64,000 nt of DNA, from IMG/VR virus record IMGVR_UViG_3300025818_000017; one strand, written 5' to 3'. The notes below the pieces were generated by a model, which saw only the letters and a program-made list of their open reading frames with translations, ran no database searches and had not been told where the DNA came from. Position numbers and translations under genes: made by a program. Shown here one piece after another: positions 1-9,690 of this stretch (the first letter of the stretch is position 1; every line of letters starts with the position of its first letter). This DNA is from a virus.

Positions 1-43
1 ACTATTTTTAGAAACATTTGTAAAAAGACATTATGTTCCAGTT

Positions 44-2395
44 ATGGAAAGTCATGTTCGTAATACGCTTTTCATTGCGGAACATTTCAATCCTGTATCA
101 AAAGGTGGTAAACTATATCTAATGGAGCGCGATGCTGATGCTCTTAAAACAGCAAGAAAAACTTCTGCGCCAGGTGATACAGATAATATTGGTCTATATG
201 GAAAAACAGCCGAAGAAGAAACAGAAGAAAAAGCAAACGGTGCGATTAATGCAATTGCTAAAACTGCTAAAACAGACAAAGGATTCAATCTTGATAAGGT
301 AGTTGGATATCTAAAGCAAGACGGTGTTAGCCTTGATGTTATTAAAGCCGCATTGGATGCTGCTAAACTAACTATTTCCGATGTATCATTCTCTGGTAAA
401 GGTGGTGATCCAAAAGCTGCCAATACTGATGCATCTATTAAAAACTTTGCTTCTCAAATTGCCAAACTAAAGAAAGATAATCAGGGGCTGAAAGCGGTTC
501 AAACTGCAAAGGCTATGGTTGCTTGGGCAGAAGATTTTAATGATCCAGAACTTATGAAAAAAGTTAGAGCCGTTGTCAAGCAGTTCAAACTCGAAGATAA
601 AGAGATGAACAATAAGATGACAAAAATGAAGCGTGATAGTGAAAACAAAGCCAAACAAGACGCTCATTTCAAAGCCGGGCAAAAGGCTGATAAAGAGGCT
701 CAATCTAAATTAAAGGCTGAACTGTTAGCCAAACGTGGCAAAGCAGCAGAGGCAATGTATCGTGCTTTTGGAAATATTCTTAAAGAAGCACTACGTAAAA
801 ACAAACAGCGCATGCTAAAAGAATCTAAGTTGATGGAGCGTGATATTACTGTTGATCAGCTACGTGCCATTGTTCGTACTGCATACAATGTTGGTGGTCA
901 AGGCGCTATTGGTTCAGGTGCTGAACAAGCATCTAATGTAAAAGCAGACCCAGAATCAGCAAAGAATGCTCTAAACAACCTATCTGGTGAAGCAAAACAA
1001 CAGATTAAGAAAACTAACCAAGAACGCAACGAAGAGTTCAAAAACCTAGCCAACTCTTCCGAATCATATAAGTTTGCTCAGTCCTTGAAAGACGCAAACA
1101 AAAGAAAAGCAGCCGAAGACGCCTTAGAAAAAATGGCTAAAGAAGCAGCACAAGAAAGCCCAGAATCTAAAAACGCTGTTGCTAAAATCTTGGACCATGT
1201 AAAGCGCAATAAAGGCACATATGCTCTTGCTGCTGGTGTTGCTGCTCTAACAGCATTCCACGCTATGACTGACCCAACAAAACTAGCAAGAATGGGTCTA
1301 GGTGCGGCTGTTGGTGGCGGTGGTAAAGCGTTATTCAGTGGTATTGCTGGTGCCGCCAAAGGATGGAAAGGCACACAGGGTAATATCTTCAAGAAAATCG
1401 GTGGCGCACTAAAAGGCGGCGGTAAGAATATTTGGGATGAGAAACAGAAAATCCTACAAGGCGCACTTGCTGGTGCTGGCTTGGCTGGTATCTTTGGTGC
1501 GTTTGAAACCGCAATGAGTGATGCCCCGGCTGGCGGCGAAGTTGACTTACCGGGCGAACCAACTGGTGATGCTGCATCCCGTGATTATACTGGACAAAGC
1601 TTTGGTCAAGAAGGCGGCGAGTATGATATGGGAAAGATTGATACCACGGGACAGGAAATGGGCGATGGTTCAGAGTTCGCTGATCCAAATGCTATGACTT
1701 CAAGTATGGCTGATTATTCAGTTCAGAGCGGCGATACACTAGGTGATATTGCCGTCCAGAATAAGACAACAGTTCAGGCAATCGTTGATGCAAACCCAGA
1801 CATCACAAACCCAGACATGATTCAACCTGGACAAGAACTGAAAATCCCACAGAACACTATCGAAACAGGTGATTCAATATGGCAAGATTTCGAAGGTGGT
1901 AAGTCAGATGTACCATCAGGTCAAGAAAACCTAACGGCAGGCAGTGAAGCACCAGCAGCACCTGAACCACCAGCACAAAATGCTTCAGGTGTCGATGTGA
2001 AACAAGCGGCAGATAGTGCCAAAGAAGCGGCGATGAATAACGGCGGCATGGAAGGATTCAGAAACCTTGTTGATTCTGGTAGCACGAACCTCTTTGATCA
2101 AACGAAGCAAGCACTTGAACTAACAGGTGGTTCACAGAAAGATGCGGCTATCTCTCAGCTTCTTGCTATGTCCAAAGCCGAAGCAAGTCAGTTGCCACCA
2201 GATTTTGTGGATATCATTGGTAAATTGGCTGAAAAAGGTAGAAGTACATCATCTATTGTTGACACAGCCACTAATGGTATGCTCAATATGTGGCAAAAAG
2301 CTGGTATTAGCTTTGAGGGTTCTGTTGAACAAGAAGAAATGAAACAGATCACTCGAATGATTATGCGTAAAGTGGTTCCCAACATTCTTCAGTAA
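44..2395 (+). CDS. Large Ala/Lys-rich probable virion protein with LysM domain (probably 5'-truncated by the window edge)
   Basis: Frame is open from position 2. LysM motif YSVQSGDTLGDIA..NPDITNPDMIQPGQELKIP at ~1714-1850; Gly/Ala-rich hydrophobic segments in the middle. Confidence 0.75.
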   Translation: MESHVRNTLFIAEHFNPVSKGGKLYLMERDADALKTARKTSAPGDTDNIGLYGKTAEEETEEKANGAINAIAKTAKTDKGFNLDKVVGYLKQDGVSLDVIKAALDAAKLTISDVSFSGKGGDPKAANTDASIKNFASQIAKLKKDNQGLKAVQTAKAMVAWAEDFNDPELMKKVRAVVKQFKLEDKEMNNKMTKMKRDSENKAKQDAHFKAGQKADKEAQSKLKAELLAKRGKAAEAMYRAFGNILKEALRKNKQRMLKESKLMERDITVDQLRAIVRTAYNVGGQGAIGSGAEQASNVKADPESAKNALNNLSGEAKQQIKKTNQERNEEFKNLANSSESYKFAQSLKDANKRKAAEDALEKMAKEAAQESPESKNAVAKILDHVKRNKGTYALAAGVAALTAFHAMTDPTKLARMGLGAAVGGGGKALFSGIAGAAKGWKGTQGNIFKKIGGALKGGGKNIWDEKQKILQGALAGAGLAGIFGAFETAMSDAPAGGEVDLPGEPTGDAASRDYTGQSFGQEGGEYDMGKIDTTGQEMGDGSEFADPNAMTSSMADYSVQSGDTLGDIAVQNKTTVQAIVDANPDITNPDMIQPGQELKIPQNTIETGDSIWQDFEGGKSDVPSGQENLTAGSEAPAAPEPPAQNASGVDVKQAADSAKEAAMNNGGMEGFRNLVDSGSTNLFDQTKQALELTGGSQKDAAISQLLAMSKAEASQLPPDFVDIIGKLAEKGRSTSSIVDTATNGMLNMWQKAGISFEGSVEQEEMKQITRMIMRKVVPNILQ

Positions 2396-2407
2396 GATAA
2401 ATACCAT

Positions 2408-2662
2408 ATGAAGATTGATTACACGCAAAAGCGTTTGACCACTCTACAGATTTATTACTATATGCCTGACCACCAATCGGTTATTCAGGAGTTTGTTTGG
2501 CAATACGAAGACCTAAAGCCAACTTTTCCACGAACACATAAGTTTCTACAACACTGGCACGAGAATATTGAGGCAGTTATCCAAGAAATATTACTTGCTC
2601 ATATCAACCGTTATGGACAACAACAAGTGAGAAAAGTTGATTGGTCAAAGGGATTATTTTAG
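2408..2662 (+). CDS. usg: Usg-family protein
   Basis: LTTLQIYYYMPDH..IQEFVWQYEDLKPTFP..HKFLQHW..IEAVI matches the recalled alphaproteobacterial Usg pattern (TTAEILYRMPDHP..QTYVWQDYD.AP.FP). Confidence 0.75.
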   Translation: MKIDYTQKRLTTLQIYYYMPDHQSVIQEFVWQYEDLKPTFPRTHKFLQHWHENIEAVIQEILLAHINRYGQQQVRKVDWSKGLF

Positions 2663-3583
2663 GTGTTCCCAAACAACACCCTTTTCCATTTCTTCGTTTA
2701 GCCACATAGAGTAAGATACATCATTGACCCACTGTTGCCTATCAAACAGTTCTGGGTCAAGCAATCTACTAATATCTTTATTGGCGACAGGATAAGCCCA
2801 ACACCTTTCATCATCTACGAATGTAGGAACCCCAGACAAAGCACTATCACAGGCAATCGTTGAGTTATAGGTGACGAGAGCATATGCTTTATTGATAGAT
2901 TCCAAAGGAGAAACCTCCTTATTTTCCTCAACCCTTATACCACGATAATCCTGTAATCCTTTCATTATCATACGAACCTGATTATCACTATTGGCTCTAT
3001 GCCGTCTTATGACAATGGGCATATCAGTTATACCCCGTATTTGTTTGACCTTATCTATACACCAATCTACCGTGGGCATGCCAGCCATAGACCAACCAGA
3101 GGATGTTTGGAGACACACCAGAATATACTCACCCTCTGTCTTCCACGGTTTTATACTACAATCGTTTCCTGTGTAATCTTCCAGCCATTTTTCCATCCAT
3201 TTCCATCTGTTTTCTGGGCTACCGCTGTTTCTAAAATCGCCAGTATAATATGGAGAACCATACCCACACCTCCAAAAAGCATTATTACCGTGAGAACGAA
3301 ACACACCGCCATCTATACAAATGACCTTTTCATAATAATCCAATATCTTCTGTCTGGCTTCCATACCTGTCTTTCCGCTGGTTTCATCAGTCCATTCCAG
3401 AGGTACGTAACCATATATTACCGCTACATCTGCTGGTATAGGTTCTGGTATATGACGCTTATTTTCCTGGTCAATAAGCAAGATTTCGTCACCATGAGCC
3501 TTGATTCCATTGGAAAATGCTAATAAAGTGGGATAACTTAGCTTTTTAGCGTTAGCAGTATTGAGAAAAATCGCTACTTTCAT
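2654..3583 (-). CDS. KpsS/KpsC-like GT-B glycosyltransferase paralogue 1
   Basis: LVCLQ, IRRH, LVTYNSTIACDSALSGVP and DRQQW..SYSMW..EEM..G motifs. Start moved to MKVAIF at 3583, 5 nt after TAAATA. Confidence 0.6.
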   Translation of the reverse strand: MKVAIFLNTANAKKLSYPTLLAFSNGIKAHGDEILLIDQENKRHIPEPIPADVAVIYGYVPLEWTDETSGKTGMEARQKILDYYEKVICIDGGVFRSHGNNAFWRCGYGSPYYTGDFRNSGSPENRWKWMEKWLEDYTGNDCSIKPWKTEGEYILVCLQTSSGWSMAGMPTVDWCIDKVKQIRGITDMPIVIRRHRANSDNQVRMIMKGLQDYRGIRVEENKEVSPLESINKAYALVTYNSTIACDSALSGVPTFVDDERCWAYPVANKDISRLLDPELFDRQQWVNDVSYSMWLNEEMEKGVVWEHLK

Positions 3584-3588
3584 AGTTT

Positions 3589-3601
3589 TATTTACTAAAT
3601 A
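3589..3601. promoter_or_regulatory. Back-to-back late-type promoters (TATTTA-C-TAAATA palindrome)
   Basis: Perfect inverted repeat; each TAAATA is 5 nt upstream of an ATG (3607 on +, 3583 on -). Resembles the T4 late consensus TATAAATA. Confidence 0.75.
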
Positions 3602-3606
3602 TCCAT

Positions 3607-5175
3607 ATGATACCCGAAAATACACTCGTCAAGAAGCCTAATAAGCCGCAAAAGATGAGTAACGAAGAGTTGCTTGAGTTTGCTAGATGCGCCGACCCAA
3701 AAACTGGGTATGAATACTTTATGAAAAACTACTTCTACATTCAACACCCTACGAAGGGACAGTTGAAGTATGACCCATTTGAATATCAAGAGCGACTTAT
3801 TCAAACCTACCACGAAAATCGTTTTAGTATTGCGCTGATGCCCAGACAGACAGGCAAAACAACATCCGCCGCTGGATATCTATTGTGGTATTCTATGTTT
3901 GTCCCTGACGCCATTATTCTTATTGCCGCCCATAAACAATCTGGTGCTTCTGAGATTATGACTCGTGTTCGTTATGCTTACGAACTATGTCCAGACTTTA
4001 TTCGTTGTGGTGCAGTAACATACAACAAAAACTCTATTGAGTTTGATAACGGTTCCCGTCTTGTAGCCCAAGCAACCACCGAAAATACAGGTCGTGGTAT
4101 GTCTATTACACTACTATACCTTGACGAGTTTGCATTCGTTAGAAACACTATTGCCGAAGAGTTCTGGACCTCTATGCGTCCTACATTGGCAACTGGTGGT
4201 AAATGTATTATCACCTCAACGCCGAACTCAGATGAAGACCAGTTTGCTCGTATCTGGAAACAAGCTAATAAGACACAGGATGAGTACGGCAACGAGAACC
4301 CACTTGGTATCGGCGTAAATGGTTTCAAACCGTTCCGTTCATACTGGGAAGAGCATCCAGAACGAGATCAAGCGTGGGCCGATGAAGAACGAGAGGCTAT
4401 TGGCGAAGAACGTTTCCGCCGAGAACATGGTTGTGAGTTCTTGATTTTTGAAGAAACCCTTATCAACTCTATCAAACTGCTTGATATGGAAGGTATTGAC
4501 CCTGTTGAAAAACACGGGCAAGTAAGATGGTATAAGAAACCGTCAAAAGGTCATGTATATATGGTTGGTCTTGACCCTTCTATGGGAACAGGCGGCGATA
4601 ATGCAGCTATTCAGATATATGAACTACCTGACATGGTGCAGATAGGTGAATGGATGCACAATAAAACAGATATCCCGAACCAAATCAAGATTCTTCAGGG
4701 TATCTGTGAATATCTAACTGAAATAACGGAGAGCAGAAATGATGTCTACTATAGTGTCGAGAATAATTCATTGGGTGAAGCCGCCCTTATTAGCATTTTT
4801 GAGATGGGCGAAGAGAACATCGACGGTATATTCTTATCTGAGCCTAAGAGAAATGGTAATGTACGGAAATTCAGGAAGGGATTCAACACTACTGAAACCT
4901 CAAAGGTGTCTGCGTGTGCTAAGTGGAAAGTCTTGGTCGAAAGCGGCAGAACGAAGATAAACAGTAAACCCCTCATCTCTGAGATGAAGAACTTTGTGGC
5001 TAAAGGTCGTTCTTATGCTGCTAAAGAAGGCGAAACTGATGATTTGGTTATGGCTTCCCTTCTGGTTGTTAGAATGGCTAGTGTGCTAAAGGATTATGAC
5101 CCTAAACTAGAGAAGCATTTACGGGATCACACAGACGAACTAATAACCCCAATGCCTTTCATCATGATAACTTAG
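3607..5175 (+). CDS. terL: Terminase large subunit (T4 gp17-like)
   Basis: Walker A MPRQTGKTT, GRGMSITLLYLDEFAFV, IITSTPN, nuclease VGLDPSMG..D, C-terminal DDLVMA. Confidence 0.97.
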   Translation: MIPENTLVKKPNKPQKMSNEELLEFARCADPKTGYEYFMKNYFYIQHPTKGQLKYDPFEYQERLIQTYHENRFSIALMPRQTGKTTSAAGYLLWYSMFVPDAIILIAAHKQSGASEIMTRVRYAYELCPDFIRCGAVTYNKNSIEFDNGSRLVAQATTENTGRGMSITLLYLDEFAFVRNTIAEEFWTSMRPTLATGGKCIITSTPNSDEDQFARIWKQANKTQDEYGNENPLGIGVNGFKPFRSYWEEHPERDQAWADEEREAIGEERFRREHGCEFLIFEETLINSIKLLDMEGIDPVEKHGQVRWYKKPSKGHVYMVGLDPSMGTGGDNAAIQIYELPDMVQIGEWMHNKTDIPNQIKILQGICEYLTEITESRNDVYYSVENNSLGEAALISIFEMGEENIDGIFLSEPKRNGNVRKFRKGFNTTETSKVSACAKWKVLVESGRTKINSKPLISEMKNFVAKGRSYAAKEGETDDLVMASLLVVRMASVLKDYDPKLEKHLRDHTDELITPMPFIMIT

Positions 5176-5215
5176 CCATTTGCATAAATACCATATACAA
5201 TAGTAAAGGTGTATT

Positions 5216-7645
5216 ATGAAAGATAAAGAAACGATTGCTGACGAACTTTATTATAAGATTTCTAAGTATTCTGATGTTCAGATGTATGATGCTGAAGGCA
5301 ACGATACATCCGAGATTGATACTGCGGTATTATTCCAAATCAACTACGGTTCAGAAACCTCCCCAAAAATCATCACATTCAATATCTTCGATCCAGAAGA
5401 GATGGAGATGATTTTCAGTAAGAACCTTACTGATGAGATGGATAACCACGAGAAGGAAAAATGGTATAAGTTTGTTGACGAAATGCGTGATTTCTCCACC
5501 ACACGAATGATGGCTTGGAAAGTTCATGATATTACAAAGTCTCGATTTGATAAGAACGATTTTGACTTTATCCGTAAAAACACCAACTATACACACAAAG
5601 ACGCAACTATGGAGAGTAGAATGTATGGATCAAGAAGAAGTTCTTACACAGAACAGGCAAATACACGGTTGATTGTTCGCCACACCCAACCGATTGACGA
5701 AGAAGTAAGAGGCTCACGTTCTCGTAATATCAAGGCGATTTATATTGAGAATGCTAATAGAGAGCGTTTCTTAGTCCCAAGAAATCATCTACCAACAGCC
5801 CGTGCTTTAGCAAGACACGTAGCAAACGAAGGTAGTATCACCGATGATATTGGTACAACAATCGTTGAGATGCACGATGAGATGAAGGCTCTAAGTAAGT
5901 TTACTCGTAAAGTTCGTTCCACTGATAATATGATGGAAGGTGCTGACCGTATCCTAGAAGCAGCAAAATCCCGTTATGGTAAAGTAAAGAAAGCCCTAGA
6001 ATCTCTCCAAAAACAAAAGGGTTACACTGCTTTTGCTGAAACATTTGAGCGTTCAGAACTATCCGAAGATGGTGACTTTGATACTCTTCGTTCTACATTA
6101 ACAAGACATATCTATAATGAAGAGTTTGATGATATACTACCATATCTAAATCGTGCTATCCAAGAAGCCGATGATGAAGCAGCAGATAAGAAATCATTGA
6201 ATGCTCGTGGTACAGAACCAGTTGAGGCTTGGTTATCATCTGGTGAACCACTAACACTCTTTGTTCACGACGATGACGAGCAACTAGCAGTCCACCGTTC
6301 AAGCGACACTATGCAAAAAATCGCTCTTGTACTGGCTAACATTGCACAGAACCTAACACCACAGTTACCAGATGAACTATTCCAGTTCTCTCTGAATGTT
6401 TCTGATACCATCGGTAACGGCATGCAGTTCTTCGGAACACCAGAAGAAAAAGCCAAAATGAAAGCAGAGTTTGATAACAAACTAAGAACTGCTATCAAGC
6501 TTGTAAAACGCTACCTTGACGATATTACCAAGATAAACGATAATCCTGGTTACAAAGAAGAAGTTCGTATAGAGCGTGGTGCTAAGAAAGATAATAAGGT
6601 AAAAGAATCTGACCTAGAAATGTTCGAGAACTGGGTAAATGACTTGACCGAAAACGCAATGAAAGATGAGTTGATTGACGCATCCGATAGCATTATGCAG
6701 TATGCGTATGAACTCGGTAATACCCATATGGACTATGATTCATTTATGCAAGCAGCAGAACTACTTGACGACAATAACTTTGATGAGCTAAAAGAGCTTA
6801 TGTTGGGTATGGACACTGACCCAAAAGAAAAACTATATGAACTAATGATGGACGCTGGTCCAGCACTTGCTGATATGGTTGATGGATGGATGAATGAACC
6901 AGCAGAAGAACCAGATATGGATGAAGAACCAGCGGATGAGTTCAATATGGATGCTATGGATGACGAAGCCGATATGGACGAGCCAGACCAATACCAAGAG
7001 GAGTCATTAGAAGAAATCGCTAAACTTGCTGGTGTAGAACTAGCAGAACATGGCGAAGCATCATACAGTGAAGAAGCACAGGAATGGGCATCCAAGTATC
7101 CTGGTTATTGGGCACAGATGGAAGAACTAATGAAGAAAGACTATGGTGCCGATGCTATTTATGACTTTGCTTTTGAAGAGTTTGATAACGAAATGGATGA
7201 ATATGATATCAATGCTATGGTCACCGCTTTCTGCGAACAGTATGGTATTGACTATGATACCGAATGGGACTATGACCAAGGTGAAGACTATGACCGTGAT
7301 GAAGTCTATGCCGATGACGAACCACGCTGGATGGAAAGTGCCGAAGATATCACTATGGAAGATGATGAATATGGTTTCCAGCGTTGGGAAGATGAAGACG
7401 AAGATTGGGAACAAGACGAAGAATATGAGTTTGCTAAAAAAGTCCAAGCAGACAACGCTCGTCAAAGTAAGTTCTTCCAAGACCGTGAAGACCAACCAGA
7501 CTATTGCCCAGCCTGTGGCGCATATCCTTGTGAATGTGATGATGAACATGGTGATTGGAATGATAAAGGTAGAGTATCTAAACTTCCACAAGATCAAATG
7601 GAAAACACAGACCTTGACGATATGAAGAAACTGGCGGGACTATAA
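5216..7645 (+). CDS. Large acidic probable head/internal virion protein
   Basis: 809 aa, very Asp/Glu-rich C-terminal half, two KLAG motifs (IAKLAGV, MKKLAGL), CPACG.YPCEC motif; TAAATA at 5185 and SD AAGGTG upstream. Confidence 0.6.
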   Translation: MKDKETIADELYYKISKYSDVQMYDAEGNDTSEIDTAVLFQINYGSETSPKIITFNIFDPEEMEMIFSKNLTDEMDNHEKEKWYKFVDEMRDFSTTRMMAWKVHDITKSRFDKNDFDFIRKNTNYTHKDATMESRMYGSRRSSYTEQANTRLIVRHTQPIDEEVRGSRSRNIKAIYIENANRERFLVPRNHLPTARALARHVANEGSITDDIGTTIVEMHDEMKALSKFTRKVRSTDNMMEGADRILEAAKSRYGKVKKALESLQKQKGYTAFAETFERSELSEDGDFDTLRSTLTRHIYNEEFDDILPYLNRAIQEADDEAADKKSLNARGTEPVEAWLSSGEPLTLFVHDDDEQLAVHRSSDTMQKIALVLANIAQNLTPQLPDELFQFSLNVSDTIGNGMQFFGTPEEKAKMKAEFDNKLRTAIKLVKRYLDDITKINDNPGYKEEVRIERGAKKDNKVKESDLEMFENWVNDLTENAMKDELIDASDSIMQYAYELGNTHMDYDSFMQAAELLDDNNFDELKELMLGMDTDPKEKLYELMMDAGPALADMVDGWMNEPAEEPDMDEEPADEFNMDAMDDEADMDEPDQYQEESLEEIAKLAGVELAEHGEASYSEEAQEWASKYPGYWAQMEELMKKDYGADAIYDFAFEEFDNEMDEYDINAMVTAFCEQYGIDYDTEWDYDQGEDYDRDEVYADDEPRWMESAEDITMEDDEYGFQRWEDEDEDWEQDEEYEFAKKVQADNARQSKFFQDREDQPDYCPACGAYPCECDDEHGDWNDKGRVSKLPQDQMENTDLDDMKKLAGL

Positions 7646-7647
7646 AA

Positions 7648-8490
7648 ATGGATATCAACGAACTAAAAAAACTATCTGGTATTACAGCAGAACGCAAGCG
7701 CCAAGAAATCAAGGAAGGCAAGTATTTTGTATCTGGTTTCCCAAACAAAAGAGGGAAGTTCAAAATTACTAGCGTAGAGGATAATGGCGACGGTTCCTTT
7801 GATATTGAAATGGGCCAAAACGGCGTAACGTATAATCCAGACAATACGGCTCAACCATTGACGTTCAAAAACCACCAAGGTATGCCAGTTTCGATTAGGC
7901 AAATTCATGCGTCAATGAATCCTAGTCAATTAAACAAAGGACTCGAAGAAGGTGATCTAACCGATATCATCAACCCAATCATTAGCATCGATGAGTACAA
8001 GTCAAAAGTGCTTGACGATGACGAAGGAAACTGGGAAGAGTTTGGGGAAAGTTATTCCTATCTCCGCACACCCGTAAAGAAGCGTGTTGATGAAGCACAC
8101 CCAAATCAACAAGCGGCAAGATATAATCCAGATGGAGAAACATATAGAGGGTCTGCAAATAAGATGCCGACCCTACCGGATGATCCCGCTATTGATAACT
8201 CTGTTCCTATTGATTCTATTATGAATATGTCCGATGATGGTAGAATTAGTGATATTATTGATAAAGATCACATAGATAAACTAAAATCTGCTATTAGAGA
8301 AGTACTTTTGACATTAACACCTAGAGAAGAAAGAGTTATTCGCTCACGTTTCTTTCATGACAAGACACTGAAAGAAATAGGTGATGAATTTAGTGTCAGT
8401 AAGGATCGTATTCGACAGATTGAAGCAAAAGCATTGCGAAAAATGAAGAATACTAGCAGGAGGAACAAAATACAGGGATTTCTATCTTAG
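7648..8490 (+). CDS. Protein with C-terminal sigma-70 region 4 (RpoD-like HTH) and N-terminal LKKLSGI leader
   Basis: LTPREERVIRSRF..TLKEIGDEFSVSKDRIRQIEAKALRKMK closely mirrors RpoD region 4.1-4.2; no region 2 is recognisable. Confidence 0.8.
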   Translation: MDINELKKLSGITAERKRQEIKEGKYFVSGFPNKRGKFKITSVEDNGDGSFDIEMGQNGVTYNPDNTAQPLTFKNHQGMPVSIRQIHASMNPSQLNKGLEEGDLTDIINPIISIDEYKSKVLDDDEGNWEEFGESYSYLRTPVKKRVDEAHPNQQAARYNPDGETYRGSANKMPTLPDDPAIDNSVPIDSIMNMSDDGRISDIIDKDHIDKLKSAIREVLLTLTPREERVIRSRFFHDKTLKEIGDEFSVSKDRIRQIEAKALRKMKNTSRRNKIQGFLS

Positions 8491-8493
8491 AAG

Positions 8494-8520
8494 AAAAAGT
8501 GGCTTTTTAGCCACTTTTTT
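8494..8520. terminator. Bidirectional intrinsic terminator
   Basis: AAAAAGTGGCT-TTTT-AGCCACTTTTT hairpin with T-tracts on both strands, directly after a stop codon. Confidence 0.85.
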
Positions 8521-8531
8521 ATATTTTTATA

Positions 8532-8561
8532 TTGCAATGATAAATAAGAGTGCGTTATAAT
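8532..8561 (+). promoter_or_regulatory. sigma70-type promoter (TTGCAA-N18-TATAAT) with an embedded late TAAATA, upstream of the SSB gene
   Basis: TTGCAA 8532-8537, TATAAT 8556-8561, TAAATA 8541-8546. Confidence 0.65.
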
Positions 8562-8658
8562 AGTATCACAGTCGTTGAGATACTTGATTGACGATTAGGC
8601 AAAAAAGAAGACACCCTTGGGTGTCGTGGCATAATAGGCATAAAAAGGAGGCATAAAC

Positions 8659-9690
8659 ATGGCACGTAAATCTTTAGCGGAAATCCGCGCACAACTAAAA
8701 GAAGAAGCAAAAAACGAAGGTAAATCTACCTTCCAAGGTGATAACGCAAGTTACCCTTTCTGGAATATCCCCCTAGACAGCACAGCAGTAGTAAGGTTCC
8801 TACCAGATGGTGATACATCAAACACCGAAGGTTTCTGGGTAGAACGTCTTATGATTAATCTGGAATTCTCTGGTGTCGTTGGTGACCCAAGCAAAGACTT
8901 CGTAAAGATGCAAGTACCTTGTGTGGAAATGTACAACGATGGTACAACCTGTCCAGTACAGGCTGAAATCAAGCCTTGGTACAAAGATTCTTCTATGGAA
9001 GAAATGGCTAACAAGTACTGGAAGAAGCGTTCATATATCTATCAGGGCTTCGTCCTTGATCACCCTGGTTTTGTAGACCGCAACGGTAACACTCTGGAAG
9101 ATGACACACCAGAAAACCCAATTCGTCGGTTTGTTATCAATCCAAACCTTCACAAACAAATCAAGTCAATCTTGCTTGACCCAGACCTAGAAGCATGGCC
9201 AGATGATTACGAAGCTGGTTTGAACTTCAACATCCGCAAGACACAGGATGGTAAGTGGGCATCTTATGACCAATCTTCTTGGGCACGTAAAGAATCCGCC
9301 CTTGACGAAGATCAGCTTGCAGCTATCGAAGAGCATGGTCTATTCACACTGAAAGACTATCTACCACGTAAACCAAGTGATGCGGAACTAAAAGTCATCT
9401 TTGAAATGTTTGAAGCATCTGTTGATGGTGAGAAGTATGACCCAGAACGTTGGGGTGCATACTACCGTCCATTCGGCGTAGATAAGCCAGAAGGTGCTGA
9501 GAAAGCGACAGAAGATAGTGCGCCAGCACCTAAGAAAGAAACTCCAAAAAAGGAAGAAGTTGACGAGGACACTCCACCTTTTGATACTGATGACGAACCA
9601 CAGGCAGAAAGCAAAGCCGAGGAATCATCAAGCTCAGATCGTGCTGCTGACATTCTCAACAAGATTCGTTCACGTCAGAAGCAAGCCTAA
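8659..9690 (+). CDS. 32: Single-stranded DNA-binding protein (T4 gp32-like)
   Basis: YPFWN..AVVRFLPDG, CPVQ..ANKYWKKRSYIYQGFV, GLNFNIRKT..YDQSSWARKES, acidic tail; SD AGGAGG. Confidence 0.9.
   Translation: MARKSLAEIRAQLKEEAKNEGKSTFQGDNASYPFWNIPLDSTAVVRFLPDGDTSNTEGFWVERLMINLEFSGVVGDPSKDFVKMQVPCVEMYNDGTTCPVQAEIKPWYKDSSMEEMANKYWKKRSYIYQGFVLDHPGFVDRNGNTLEDDTPENPIRRFVINPNLHKQIKSILLDPDLEAWPDDYEAGLNFNIRKTQDGKWASYDQSSWARKESALDEDQLAAIEEHGLFTLKDYLPRKPSDAELKVIFEMFEASVDGEKYDPERWGAYYRPFGVDKPEGAEKATEDSAPAPKKETPKKEEVDEDTPPFDTDDEPQAESKAEESSSSDRAADILNKIRSRQKQA

Noticed and set aside
7648-8490. Complete phage sigma factor
   Set aside because: No recognisable region 2 or 3; only region 4 is present.
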